A DNA stretch of 64,000 bases from Clostridia bacterium (lineage in GTDB: Bacteria; Bacillota; Clostridia; HGM11327): the NCBI GenBank assembly GCA_045627045.1, contig JAZQMY010000005.1, forward strand, positions 26,531-90,530, read 5' to 3'. The translations under genes were made by a program, and so were the position numbers. The notes below the pieces were generated by a model that was not told where the DNA came from, ran no database searches, and was given only the letters and a program-made list of their open reading frames with translations. Positions 1-8,623 of this stretch are shown here, piece by piece; the first letter of the stretch is position 1; the number at the start of each line of letters is the position of its first letter.

Positions 1-80
1 CAGGCATTGATATCCCTCAGAATATTTTAAGCATCAGTGAACTTGCGGAGGCATTATGTCAGTTAAAGCAGAAAATTTGA
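1..80 (+). CDS. C-terminal fragment of upstream gene, possibly ECF transporter ATPase EcfA1 (partial at window edge)
   Basis: Frame open from base 3 (..GIDIPQNILSISELAEAL..) to TGA 78-80, overlapping the next ATPase start. Position fits the conserved ecfA1-ecfA2-ecfT order, but it is too short to identify by sequence. Confidence 0.35.
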   Translation, partial: GIDIPQNILSISELAEALCQLKQKI

Positions 81-916
81 CTTATTACTACATGAAGGGC
101 ACTCCGTTTGAGTCACTTGCAATAGAAAATATAAGCTTTGAGATAGAGCAGGGAGAGTTCGTGGGAATAATCGGACATACCGGCTCGGGAAAATCAACGC
201 TTATCCAGCAACTCGACGGCCTCCTTGTGCCGACATCGGGAAAGGTGACGGTTGACGGCTTTGGGGTCAATTCAAACAAGAAGGACCTCAAGGAAATAAG
301 ACGAAGAGTAGGAATCGTATTTCAGTATCCTGAATATCAGCTATTTGAGGAAACTGTTGAGAAGGATGTCGCATACGGCCCTAAAAATCTCGGATTTGAT
401 GATGAAACGGTTAACCGGAGAGTTCGTGAAGCAATAACGGATATGGGACTTGATTTTGATGAAATAAAGGATCAGTCACCGTTTGAGCTTTCCGGCGGAC
501 AGAAGAGACGAGTTGCAATAGCAGGCGTGCTTGCAATGAATCCGGAAATCATTATTTTTGATGAACCTACGGCAGGGCTTGATCCGGAGGGCAGAGAGCT
601 TCTTTTTGAAAGAATAAAAGAAATAAGAAAAAAGGGCAAGACAGTTATTCTTGTTTCTCACAGCATGGATGACATTGCAAAGCTTGCGGACAGAATACTT
701 GTGCTTTCGGAAGGCCGACTTGTTTTTGACGGAACGCCGGGTGAGGTCTTTTCAAGAACGACAAAGATAAAGGATCTTGATGTTCCTCAGCTGACGACGC
801 TCAGCAGAATGCTCAACGATTCGGGGCTTTTTTCTGTTTCGGAGGATATATTCAACATCGAGGATATGACAAAGGCTATTCTTGATGCTCTCGGGAGGTG
901 CGATAATGTTCAATGA
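56..916 (+). CDS. ecfA2: ECF transporter ATP-binding protein EcfA2 (CbiO family)
   Basis: 286 aa with Walker A GHTGSGKST, ABC signature LSGGQKRR and Walker B IIIFDEPT. Directly followed by ecfT with a short overlap. Confidence 0.9.
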   Translation: MSVKAENLTYYYMKGTPFESLAIENISFEIEQGEFVGIIGHTGSGKSTLIQQLDGLLVPTSGKVTVDGFGVNSNKKDLKEIRRRVGIVFQYPEYQLFEETVEKDVAYGPKNLGFDDETVNRRVREAITDMGLDFDEIKDQSPFELSGGQKRRVAIAGVLAMNPEIIIFDEPTAGLDPEGRELLFERIKEIRKKGKTVILVSHSMDDIAKLADRILVLSEGRLVFDGTPGEVFSRTTKIKDLDVPQLTTLSRMLNDSGLFSVSEDIFNIEDMTKAILDALGRCDNVQ

Positions 917-1718
917 TGTAACGTTCGGACAGTATTATCCCTCAGACAGTACGGTGCACAGGCTTGATCCGAGAATAAAACTCTTGATCACGCTTGCGTA
1001 TATTGTGGTGCTTTTCCTCATTAAATCGGTTATAGGATATGCAATCGCATTCCTCTTTGTGGTGGCGGCAGTGATGCTTTCAAGGGTGCCGATAAAGCTT
1101 CTTCTGAAAAATCTGAAGCCTTTAAGATTTATTCTTATCCTAATGTTCCTGATAAACGTGCTTTTTACTCCTCTTGGAGATAGGGTGCTTTTGGAATTCT
1201 GGGTAATAAAGATAACGGATACGGGAATAATCAAGGCAGTGGAGATGCTCGTAAGAATTGTGCTTCTCATTCTTTTTACGGGACTTCTGACATTTACGAC
1301 CTCGCCGCTTTCACTCACGGTGGCAATAGAGCTTCTTCTGACACCGCTCAAAAAGATAGGCTTTCCTGCGCATGAGCTTGCAATGATGATGACCATCGCA
1401 TTAAGATTCATCCCGACGCTCATGGAGGAAACGGATAAGATAATGAAGGCACAGATGGCAAGAGGCGCAAGCTTTGACACGGGAAACATTTTCCAGAAGG
1501 CAAAGAGCATGATACCTCTTCTGATTCCGCTTTTTGTAAGTGCATTCAGGAGAGCGGACGATCTTGCGCTTGCCATGACTGCAAGATGCTACAATGGTGA
1601 CAACGGCAGAACGAGAATGAACCCGCTGAAAACTGCTCCTATGGATTGGATCGCGTTTACGGTGTCGATGGTTGTGATCGCCGCAATGGTGGTATTCAAT
1701 TATCTGAAATTATTTTAA
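906..1718 (+). CDS. ecfT: ECF transporter transmembrane component EcfT
   Basis: Polytopic membrane protein with EcfT/CbiQ-type Ala-Arg-Gly helices (KAQMARGASF, AMTARCY). Start moved from 882 to the in-frame ATG at 906 (MFNDVTFGQYYP). Confidence 0.85.
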   Translation: MFNDVTFGQYYPSDSTVHRLDPRIKLLITLAYIVVLFLIKSVIGYAIAFLFVVAAVMLSRVPIKLLLKNLKPLRFILILMFLINVLFTPLGDRVLLEFWVIKITDTGIIKAVEMLVRIVLLILFTGLLTFTTSPLSLTVAIELLLTPLKKIGFPAHELAMMMTIALRFIPTLMEETDKIMKAQMARGASFDTGNIFQKAKSMIPLLIPLFVSAFRRADDLALAMTARCYNGDNGRTRMNPLKTAPMDWIAFTVSMVVIAAMVVFNYLKLF

Positions 1719-1724
1719 GATAAA

Positions 1725-2465
1725 ATGAGAAATATCAGACTTTGGATAGAATATGACGGAACTGATTTCTGCGGCTGGCAGGTTCAGCCGAACGGTGTAT
1801 CGGTTCAGCAGACGATAAACGAGGCTCTTTCCCGAATGGAAGGCAGAGAAGCGTCAGTCACGGGAGCTGGAAGAACCGATTCCGGTGTTCATGCAAGATG
1901 CCAGGCAGGAAACTTTTTCACCGAAAGCAGAATACCTGCGGAAAAATACAGAGATGCGCTGAATGCACTGCTTCCGGACAGCATAAGAATATTGAAGAGC
2001 GAAGAAGTATCGCCTGATTTTAACGCGCGCTTTTCGGCAAAGAAAAAGACATACAAATATTATGTCAGAAACTCTGACGTAAAGAGTGCACTGAATTGCC
2101 GATACGAATATCACGTTCAGGGGAAAATCGACATTGAAAAGATGCAGGAGGCTTGCTCATGCCTTGTGGGTGAACATGATTTTGCTGCATTTATGGCGGC
2201 AGGAAGCACAATAAAGGATACGGTGAGAACGATATTTGAAGCGTCGGCAAAGGCTGAAGGAAGTGTGATAGAGTTCACTTTCACGGGAAACGGTTTTCTT
2301 TACAAGATGGTGCGCCTTATGGTAGGAACGCTTCTTGATATCGGAAGGGGAAAGCATCCGCCGGAATATATCAGGAAATTGCTTGACGGCAAAGGAAAAG
2401 AGAGAGCAACTTTGTGCGCTCCTCCTCAGGGACTCTTTGTGGACAACATTGAATACGGAGAATAA
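1725..2465 (+). CDS. truA: tRNA pseudouridine(38-40) synthase TruA
   Basis: N-terminus IEYDGTDFCGWQVQP and catalytic-Asp motif GAGRTDSGVHA are TruA hallmarks. The ecfAAT-truA linkage is conserved in Firmicutes. Confidence 0.93.
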   Translation: MRNIRLWIEYDGTDFCGWQVQPNGVSVQQTINEALSRMEGREASVTGAGRTDSGVHARCQAGNFFTESRIPAEKYRDALNALLPDSIRILKSEEVSPDFNARFSAKKKTYKYYVRNSDVKSALNCRYEYHVQGKIDIEKMQEACSCLVGEHDFAAFMAAGSTIKDTVRTIFEASAKAEGSVIEFTFTGNGFLYKMVRLMVGTLLDIGRGKHPPEYIRKLLDGKGKERATLCAPPQGLFVDNIEYGE

Positions 2466-2466
2466 G

Positions 2467-3135
2467 ATGATAAAAGCACTTCTTATCGATATAGACGACA
2501 CACTGCTTGATTTTGCAAAATGCGCCGAAAATGCAATGAAGCTTGCATTTGAAGAAGAAGGCTTGCCTTTTTCCGATGATGTGCAGGAGAAATTTCATTT
2601 TGTGAATAACCGCCTGTGGAGGGAAATAGAAAACGGAACACTTACAAGAGAAGGACTCTCACTCATAAGATGGAACAAAATCTTTTCTCTTCTCGGGATA
2701 GAGCATGACGGAGTGCAAACTGAGAATGCGTTCAAAAAATATCTTGCTGAAAGCGCCGAAAAGATTGATGGTGCAAGCGAAATGCTTGAATATCTGAAGG
2801 GAAAATATCTTCTTGCGGCGGCATCAAACGGACCCTGGAGAGAACAGGTATCCAGGATGAAAAAAGCTGAAATATTTGATTATTTTGACTATATTTTCAT
2901 ATCTGAAAAAGTTGGATACTCAAAGCCGGATATCCGCTTTTTTGATGAATGCAAAAAAGCATTTGATTTGCCTGGAAATGAGATAATGATGATAGGAGAT
3001 TCGGTCAATGCGGATATTGACGGCGCAAGAAAAGCAGGAATAATAACATGCTTTTTTGATTTCCACGCATCAGGAACAGAATGTCAGGCAAATATGAGAA
3101 TACAAAAGCTTTCTGATCTGAAAGAGATATTATGA
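2467..3135 (+). CDS. HAD-superfamily hydrolase (YjjG-like nucleotidase/phosphatase family)
   Basis: DxDxT motif (LLIDIDDTLL) and C-terminal IGDSVNADIDGA motif. Start moved to ATG 2467 (MIKALLID); the 2335 ORF start lies inside truA. Confidence 0.8.
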   Translation: MIKALLIDIDDTLLDFAKCAENAMKLAFEEEGLPFSDDVQEKFHFVNNRLWREIENGTLTREGLSLIRWNKIFSLLGIEHDGVQTENAFKKYLAESAEKIDGASEMLEYLKGKYLLAAASNGPWREQVSRMKKAEIFDYFDYIFISEKVGYSKPDIRFFDECKKAFDLPGNEIMMIGDSVNADIDGARKAGIITCFFDFHASGTECQANMRIQKLSDLKEIL

Positions 3136-3181
3136 AAAATCCCTGCGCACTTTAATCTGTGTGCAGGGATAGTTTTATTTT
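3134..3181. terminator. Bidirectional rho-independent terminator between convergent genes
   Basis: Hairpin ATCCCTGCGCAC / GTGTGCAGGGAT (3139-3170), preceded by an A-run and followed by a T-rich run. Confidence 0.75.
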
Positions 3182-3182
3182 A

Positions 3183-3974
3183 TCATTTGAGGTTGAGAAT
3201 TCGTTTTGCGTTGCCGGAGAGGATGAGCTCTTTTTGTTTGTCGGAAAGAAGAAATTCATCCCTGACACCGCCGATGAACATTGCAGGATTACATATAGGA
3301 TAATCGGAGCCGAGAATGAAACGCTCTGCTCCGAAAAGCTCGATTCCGTGCCTCAGCATACCGTGACGGAAAAGTCCGGTTCCGGAAACATCAAGGTAGT
3401 AATTATCGCTCATTTTCATTCTGTTCATATGATGCTCAAATGAATCCATTTCGCCGGGATGAGCGGCAACAAATGTTACTCCCGGATGCTCCTTTACCAT
3501 TTTATCCATATTGTCCTCACCCATTGAATGAAAGGACACTACCATTGAGTAATACTCTGCAAGCTCGAGAATTTCAGAAAGCCCTGCGCATGAGTAATCT
3601 CCCCAGCCCTGAAGGTAGGGAACAAGCTCACCTATAAGGTTTACTCCGAGACTGTGCATACGCTCAATTTCTTCGCAGGATTCCTTTACGAATGAGGGGT
3701 GAACATGAAATCCGGGAATATAAAAGTTACCGTATTTTTCACGGAGGAAAAGAGCTTCATTGTTAAGCTCTTTCACATCGTCAAATGTTTTGATTTTCGG
3801 GGTGATATAGATGACAGAACCGCAGATTCTTGAAATGCCTATTGACATCAGCTCACTTTTTGTCTTATCGGCATCCATTTCAAAGTAGTCCCGGTGAATA
3901 CAGATGTTGGTTTCCTTTCTTGCGAAAGGATGTGTGTGAAAGTCTATGATTTCAAAATCAGAATTGTGATTCAT
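3183..3974 (-). CDS. Amidohydrolase-family metal-dependent hydrolase (TIM barrel)
   Basis: 263 aa with N-terminal IDFHTHPF metal-binding His-x-His motif and later HP..../GSDYP motifs typical of amidohydrolase_2 proteins. Confidence 0.7.
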   Translation of the reverse strand: MNHNSDFEIIDFHTHPFARKETNICIHRDYFEMDADKTKSELMSIGISRICGSVIYITPKIKTFDDVKELNNEALFLREKYGNFYIPGFHVHPSFVKESCEEIERMHSLGVNLIGELVPYLQGWGDYSCAGLSEILELAEYYSMVVSFHSMGEDNMDKMVKEHPGVTFVAAHPGEMDSFEHHMNRMKMSDNYYLDVSGTGLFRHGMLRHGIELFGAERFILGSDYPICNPAMFIGGVRDEFLLSDKQKELILSGNAKRILNLK

Positions 3975-4049
3975 AAATATTCTCCTTAATGTGATATGTT
4001 TATTTTATCATAAAACAACAAAGCTTGCAACAGAAAAAATAAAAATAAA

Positions 4050-4092
4050 TGTGACCAAGTCACTTTATTTATAACGCAGATTGTGCTATAAT
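4050..4092 (+). promoter_or_regulatory. Promoter of the flavodiiron operon with an upstream Crp/Fnr-like palindrome
   Basis: TGTGAC-caa-GTCACT palindrome (4050-4064), weak -35, and extended -10 TGcTATAAT (4084-4092). The palindrome centre sits about 42 nt upstream of the expected TSS. Confidence 0.5.
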
Positions 4093-4151
4093 CAAAGCAA
4101 AGGATGACTTATACGAAATAGTCTTTAATATAAAAGGAAAGGAAATCAGTT

Positions 4152-5945
4152 ATGAAAAAAATAACGAAAGATATTGTTTACGTAGGTGTAAACGATCACA
4201 AGATAGATCTGTTTGAAGGTCAGTATTCGGTTCCAAACGGCATGGCATATAATTCATACGTTATTCTGGATGAATACGTTGCTGTAATGGATACGGTAGA
4301 TAAGAACTTTACTCATGAGTGGCTTGATAACGTAGCAGCCGCGTGCGGAGACAGAAAACCTGATTATCTGATTATACAGCATATGGAACCCGATCATTCC
4401 GCTAATATCACTCAGTTTATGAACAACTATCCTGAAGCAAAGATAGTAGCATCTTCAAAGGCTTTCGTGATGATGAAGAATTTCTTCGGAACGGATTATG
4501 CAGACAGAAGACTTGTTGCCGGAGAAGGTGATAGACTTCCTTTGGGAGAGCATAATTTAACATTTGTTACGGCACCGATGGTGCATTGGCCGGAGGTAAT
4601 CGTAACCTACGACGACAAGGAACAGATCCTTTTTTCAGCCGATGGCTTCGGCAAATTCGGCGCACTCGACATCGATGAGCCGTGGGATGATGAAGCAAGA
4701 CGCTATTACATCGGCATCGTAGGAAAATACGGCGCACAGGTGCAGGCTCTGCTCAAAAAAGCGTCGGTACTCGACATCAAGACGATCTGCCCGCTGCATG
4801 GTCCTGTTCTTACGGAAAATCTCGGACATTATATAAAGCTTTATGATACATGGTCATCATATACTTCCGAAAATGAGGGTATTGTGATAGCATATACTTC
4901 GATTTACGGAAATACCAGAAAGGCAGTTGAGCTTCTCGCGGAAAAGCTTAAGGCACAGGGTACACCTGAAGTCGTTGTGCATGACCTTGCAAGAACAGAT
5001 ATGGCAAAGGCAGTTGCGGATGCATTCCGTTTCAGTAAGCTTGTTCTTGCCACAACGACCTATAATGCCGATATTTATCCTTTTATGAAGGAATTCATTA
5101 ACCATCTGACGGAGAGAAACTTCAGAAACAGAACTGTTGCGTTTGTTGAGAACGGTTCCTGGGCACCTCTTGCGGCAAAGACGATGAAGGCTATGCTTGA
5201 AGGATGCGAGAATATTACGTTTGCAGATACAACGGTAAAAATCCTTTCAGCACTTAACGATGACAGCAAAAAGCAGGTTGATGATCTTGCCGTAGAGCTG
5301 ACAAAGGAATATGTGGCGCAGAACGGAGAAAAGGCTGATAAGAATGATCTTTCCGCTCTTTTCAAAATAGGCTACGGTCTTTATGTGGTTACGTCAAATG
5401 ATGGGAAAAAGGATAACGGACTTATTGTAAATACGGTTTCACAGCTGACAAATTCACCGAACAGGGTTGCAGTCTGCATCAACAAGCAGAACTATTCATA
5501 TCACGTTATCAGACAGACCGGAATTATGAATGTAAACTGTCTTTCTGTTGAGGCTCCGTTTGCGGTATTTGAGTCTTTCGGATTCAGGAGCGGAAGAAAT
5601 ACGGATAAATTTGAAGGTCAGAATGCTCTCAGATCGGATAACGGACTTGTGTTCCTGCCGAAGTATATCAATGCATTTATGTCGCTCAAGGTGGAGCAGT
5701 ATGTTGATCTTGATACGCACGGAATGTTTATCTGCTCGGTGACGGAGGCAAGAGTCATTTCGGATAAGGAGACAATGACATATACGTATTATCAGAATAA
5801 TGTGAAACCAAAGCCGGAAACAGAAGGCAAGAAGGGCTATGTCTGCAAGGTATGCGGTTACGTTTATGAAGGCGACGAGCTTCCGGAGGATTATATTTGC
5901 CCTCTCTGCAAGCACGGTGCAGTTGATTTTGAACCGATAAAGTAA
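4152..5945 (+). CDS. Multidomain flavodiiron protein (metallo-beta-lactamase + flavodoxin core, flavin-reductase-like domain, C-terminal rubredoxin)
   Basis: 597 aa. HMEPDHS diiron motif, a flavodoxin-like segment (IVIAYTSIYGNT), an FMN-reductase-like middle part, and two C-terminal CxxC pairs (CKVCGY..CPLCKH), which is a rubredoxin signature. Confidence 0.85.
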   Translation: MKKITKDIVYVGVNDHKIDLFEGQYSVPNGMAYNSYVILDEYVAVMDTVDKNFTHEWLDNVAAACGDRKPDYLIIQHMEPDHSANITQFMNNYPEAKIVASSKAFVMMKNFFGTDYADRRLVAGEGDRLPLGEHNLTFVTAPMVHWPEVIVTYDDKEQILFSADGFGKFGALDIDEPWDDEARRYYIGIVGKYGAQVQALLKKASVLDIKTICPLHGPVLTENLGHYIKLYDTWSSYTSENEGIVIAYTSIYGNTRKAVELLAEKLKAQGTPEVVVHDLARTDMAKAVADAFRFSKLVLATTTYNADIYPFMKEFINHLTERNFRNRTVAFVENGSWAPLAAKTMKAMLEGCENITFADTTVKILSALNDDSKKQVDDLAVELTKEYVAQNGEKADKNDLSALFKIGYGLYVVTSNDGKKDNGLIVNTVSQLTNSPNRVAVCINKQNYSYHVIRQTGIMNVNCLSVEAPFAVFESFGFRSGRNTDKFEGQNALRSDNGLVFLPKYINAFMSLKVEQYVDLDTHGMFICSVTEARVISDKETMTYTYYQNNVKPKPETEGKKGYVCKVCGYVYEGDELPEDYICPLCKHGAVDFEPIK

Positions 5946-5994
5946 AACCAAACAAAAATAACTGACTTGATTAAATAAAAAAGGAGATATTGAT

Positions 5995-6369
5995 ATGGAA
6001 ATGAAATTTTATAGATGTGCACATTGCGGAAAGATAATTGCAGTTGTGAAGGAAACGGGAGTACCGGTATTTTGTTGTGGGGAAGAAATGAAGGAGCTTG
6101 TTGCAGGAACAACGGATGCAGCAAGAGAAAAGCATGTTCCCGTATACAGAGTTGAGGGTAATACTGTATACGTTTCAGTCGGAGCTGTGGAGCATCCTAT
6201 GACAGATGCACATTACATCGAATGGGTATCAATTGAGACAACTTCAGGTAACCAGAGAAAGGCACTAGCACCCGGAATGAAGCCAGAGGTAAGTTTCTTG
6301 ATTTCTAAGGACGATGAGGTGAAGACAGTGTATGCTTACTGCAACCTCCATTCACTCTGGAAGGCATAA
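5995..6369 (+). CDS. dfx: Desulfoferrodoxin / superoxide reductase
   Basis: N-terminal CAHCGK...CCGE desulforedoxin-like centre. C-terminal EKHVPV, HPM..H and CNLHSLW motifs of the SOR iron site. Confidence 0.9.
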   Translation: MEMKFYRCAHCGKIIAVVKETGVPVFCCGEEMKELVAGTTDAAREKHVPVYRVEGNTVYVSVGAVEHPMTDAHYIEWVSIETTSGNQRKALAPGMKPEVSFLISKDDEVKTVYAYCNLHSLWKA

Positions 6370-6387
6370 TTCTGCAGACGGATAAAT

Positions 6388-7059
6388 ATGAATGATTATC
6401 TTAAAAAACTGTCATTCTGGAATGAACTAAATGACGATGAAAAGATATTTGCTGAAAACAGCACTGTAACAAGACGGTATGCAGGCAATACATTGCTTCA
6501 TTCCAACTGTGATAACGGCTTCAGCTGTATCGGACTTATATACATAGTAAGCGGCGGCATAAGAGCGTTCATGCTTTCTAAGGAAGGAAGAGAGATCACT
6601 CTTTTCAAGCTTTCGGCAGGAGATACCTGCATATTGGCGGCATCGTGCATTCTGTCGCAGATTAGCCTTGACACGCAGATAAGAACAACGGGAGAATCCG
6701 AATTGGTGATATTGCCTGCTCACGCCTTCTTGCGACTATCAAAGCAGAATATAAATGTGAAATGCTATATGTACGAGCTTTCCACGAAGAGATATTCTGA
6801 GGCTATGCTGACACTGCAGAATGTACTTTTTACCGGCGTGGATAAGAGGCTTGCATCGTTTCTTCTATCTGAATATGAGAAGACAGGAAATGAAGAAATC
6901 AGAAAAAAACAGGAGCAGATAGCAGAGGAAATAAATTCTGCAAGGGAAGTTATTTCAAGAATGCTGAGACAATTCTGCCGGAATGGCATTGTGGAGTATA
7001 AAAAAGGCGCAATATTGCTGAAGGATATTTCTGCCCTGAAGGAATTATCAGAAAAATAA
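6388..7059 (+). CDS. Crp/Fnr-family transcriptional regulator
   Basis: 223 aa with an N-terminal cNMP-binding-like beta-roll and a C-terminal HTH (IAEEINSAREVISRMLRQF). Confidence 0.85.
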   Translation: MNDYLKKLSFWNELNDDEKIFAENSTVTRRYAGNTLLHSNCDNGFSCIGLIYIVSGGIRAFMLSKEGREITLFKLSAGDTCILAASCILSQISLDTQIRTTGESELVILPAHAFLRLSKQNINVKCYMYELSTKRYSEAMLTLQNVLFTGVDKRLASFLLSEYEKTGNEEIRKKQEQIAEEINSAREVISRMLRQFCRNGIVEYKKGAILLKDISALKELSEK

Positions 7060-7072
7060 AAAAACCGAAAAG

Positions 7073-7097
7073 CAGAGGATGAACCTCTGCTTTTTGC
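7073..7097 (+). terminator. Rho-independent terminator of the detox operon
   Basis: GCAGAGG-ATGAA-CCTCTGC followed by TTTTT. Confidence 0.85.
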
Positions 7098-7114
7098 TGT
7101 GCTGAATTTGCTAT

Positions 7115-7143
7115 TGACAAAGACACGGATAAGTGATAATATT
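7115..7143 (+). promoter_or_regulatory. Sigma-70-type promoter for the exonuclease gene
   Basis: TTGACA (7115-7120), 17-nt spacer with TGn, then TAATAT (7138-7143). Confidence 0.6.
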
Positions 7144-7199
7144 ATACAGATATTTACAGACGATGAAAATGAGCTTTACGCTGAAAGGAGAATACGGAT

Positions 7200-7838
7200 A
7201 TGAGCAGGTATGCGGTTATTGACCTTGAGATGTGCAGAATATCTGCAAAGGACAGAAAGTATGATTTCGGATATCCGACTGAACTGATACAGATAGGAGC
7301 GGTGCTTCTTGATGAGAATTATGAAATGAGTGATACGTTTATGACACTTGTGCATCCGGAGTACGGCATGATAGATCAGAGAATAGAAAGACTGACAGGC
7401 ATAAGCAACAAGGATGTGGCTGATGCACCCGATACGAAAACGGCACTCACAAACTTTTTTGAATGGCTTCCGGAGGATGCGAAGATAGTTTCGTGGAGCG
7501 AAAGTGATAAGAATCAGATTGCGGCAGAGATTGCGGGTAAATCAATTTCAATTTCCGGCGTGGAAAAATACATGGAGGAATGGATTGACTGCCAGGTGAC
7601 ATTCTCTGAAAAAATGGATAATTCAAAGCAGTATAATCTTACTGATGCGCTCAATATATGCTCCATTGACAGCGTTGACGGAGAACATGATGCCCTTGTC
7701 GACGCCAAGAATACAGCGCTTCTTTTTGCCAAAATGAATAAGGAGGAAAACCTGCGGCTCAGTGATTATTATTCCGAAAAAAGCGATACGCTTGTGAATA
7801 ATCCTATGGCACAGCTCCTTAAGAATTTCAAATTCTGA
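7200..7838 (+). CDS. DEDDh 3'-5' exonuclease domain protein (DnaQ-like)
   Basis: Exo I motif VIDLEM, and an Exo III H-x4-D motif (EHDALVDAKNTA). Confidence 0.8.
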   Translation: MSRYAVIDLEMCRISAKDRKYDFGYPTELIQIGAVLLDENYEMSDTFMTLVHPEYGMIDQRIERLTGISNKDVADAPDTKTALTNFFEWLPEDAKIVSWSESDKNQIAAEIAGKSISISGVEKYMEEWIDCQVTFSEKMDNSKQYNLTDALNICSIDSVDGEHDALVDAKNTALLFAKMNKEENLRLSDYYSEKSDTLVNNPMAQLLKNFKF

Positions 7839-7914
7839 TTTATCAAGCAGAATACCAGCATTTTATACACCCGGGTACAAATTGTGCCCGGGTATTTTTT
7901 GCAAAAATATCCTG

Positions 7915-7970
7915 TTGACAAAATCGTAGAATGTGATATAATATTATCAAACGGAAACAAACGTTTCCGT
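7915..7970 (+). promoter_or_regulatory. lexA promoter with overlapping SOS-box-like palindrome
   Basis: TTGACA (7915-7920), 16-nt spacer, TGaTATAAT (7934-7942). This is followed by the perfect palindrome ACGGAAAC-aaac-GTTTCCGT (7951-7970), whose AAC-N4-GTT core matches the Firmicute GAAC-N4-GTTC LexA box. Confidence 0.65.
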
Positions 7971-7993
7971 TTGCGCCGACGGAGGTATTTTTC

Positions 7994-8620
7994 ATGCAGC
8001 ATAAGAAAACGGAGATTTTTACTTTAATAGAGCAGTTCATAGATGATTATGCAGACGCAAATGGCTCATCACCTACCGTCCGTGAGATTGCAGAGGAAGT
8101 GGGTATAGGCGCGCCTGCTGTGTGCAAATATCTTTCGACAATGAAAGAGCAGGGCACAATAGTGTACGACGGACACAGACGTCCTCTCACAAAAAGAATG
8201 CAGAATGATCTGAATAATACGGTGCGTTCACCTTTGATAAAGGGCGGAGCACCCATAGTCGGAAGCATTGTGTGCGGAACTCCGGAGGCGGCAGAGGAAT
8301 ATGTTGAGGACACAGTGAAGCTTCCGGGCACATTGTTCGGCGGCGGCCCGCTCTATATACTTCGTGCAAGCGGAGAATCCATGATCAAAGCCGGAATAGA
8401 CGACGGAGACCTCGTGGTCATAAGTATGCAGAAGACGGCAAGACCGGGTCAGATAGTGGTTGCATTGATAGACGGTATGACAACGCTCAAGAGGTTTTAT
8501 CCGGAGCCGGATAAGCAACGCATCAGACTTCAGCCGGAGAATGACAGCATGGAACCTATGTATTTTGATTCGATCGAGATACAGGGCGTGGCGGTCAAAA
8601 TAATCAAGGATGTGAAATGA
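7994..8620 (+). CDS. lexA: LexA-like repressor (HTH + S24 peptidase)
   Basis: N-terminal winged HTH (SPTVREIAEEVGIGAPAVCKYL). S24 catalytic Ser (SGESM) and Lys (TLKRFY). C-terminal RLQPEN motif as in B. subtilis LexA. The cleavage-site position reads Cys-Gly. Confidence 0.85.
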   Translation: MQHKKTEIFTLIEQFIDDYADANGSSPTVREIAEEVGIGAPAVCKYLSTMKEQGTIVYDGHRRPLTKRMQNDLNNTVRSPLIKGGAPIVGSIVCGTPEAAEEYVEDTVKLPGTLFGGGPLYILRASGESMIKAGIDDGDLVVISMQKTARPGQIVVALIDGMTTLKRFYPEPDKQRIRLQPENDSMEPMYFDSIEIQGVAVKIIKDVK

Positions 8621-8623
8621 TGT

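Noticed and set aside
935-1576. Long antisense ORFs opposite clearly recognisable genes, for example 935-1576, 8228-9052, 12368-12652, 33941-34447 and 35756-36082.
   Set aside because: They lie opposite CDSs with strong family motifs, lack SD sites and have odd composition. Treated as frame shadows.
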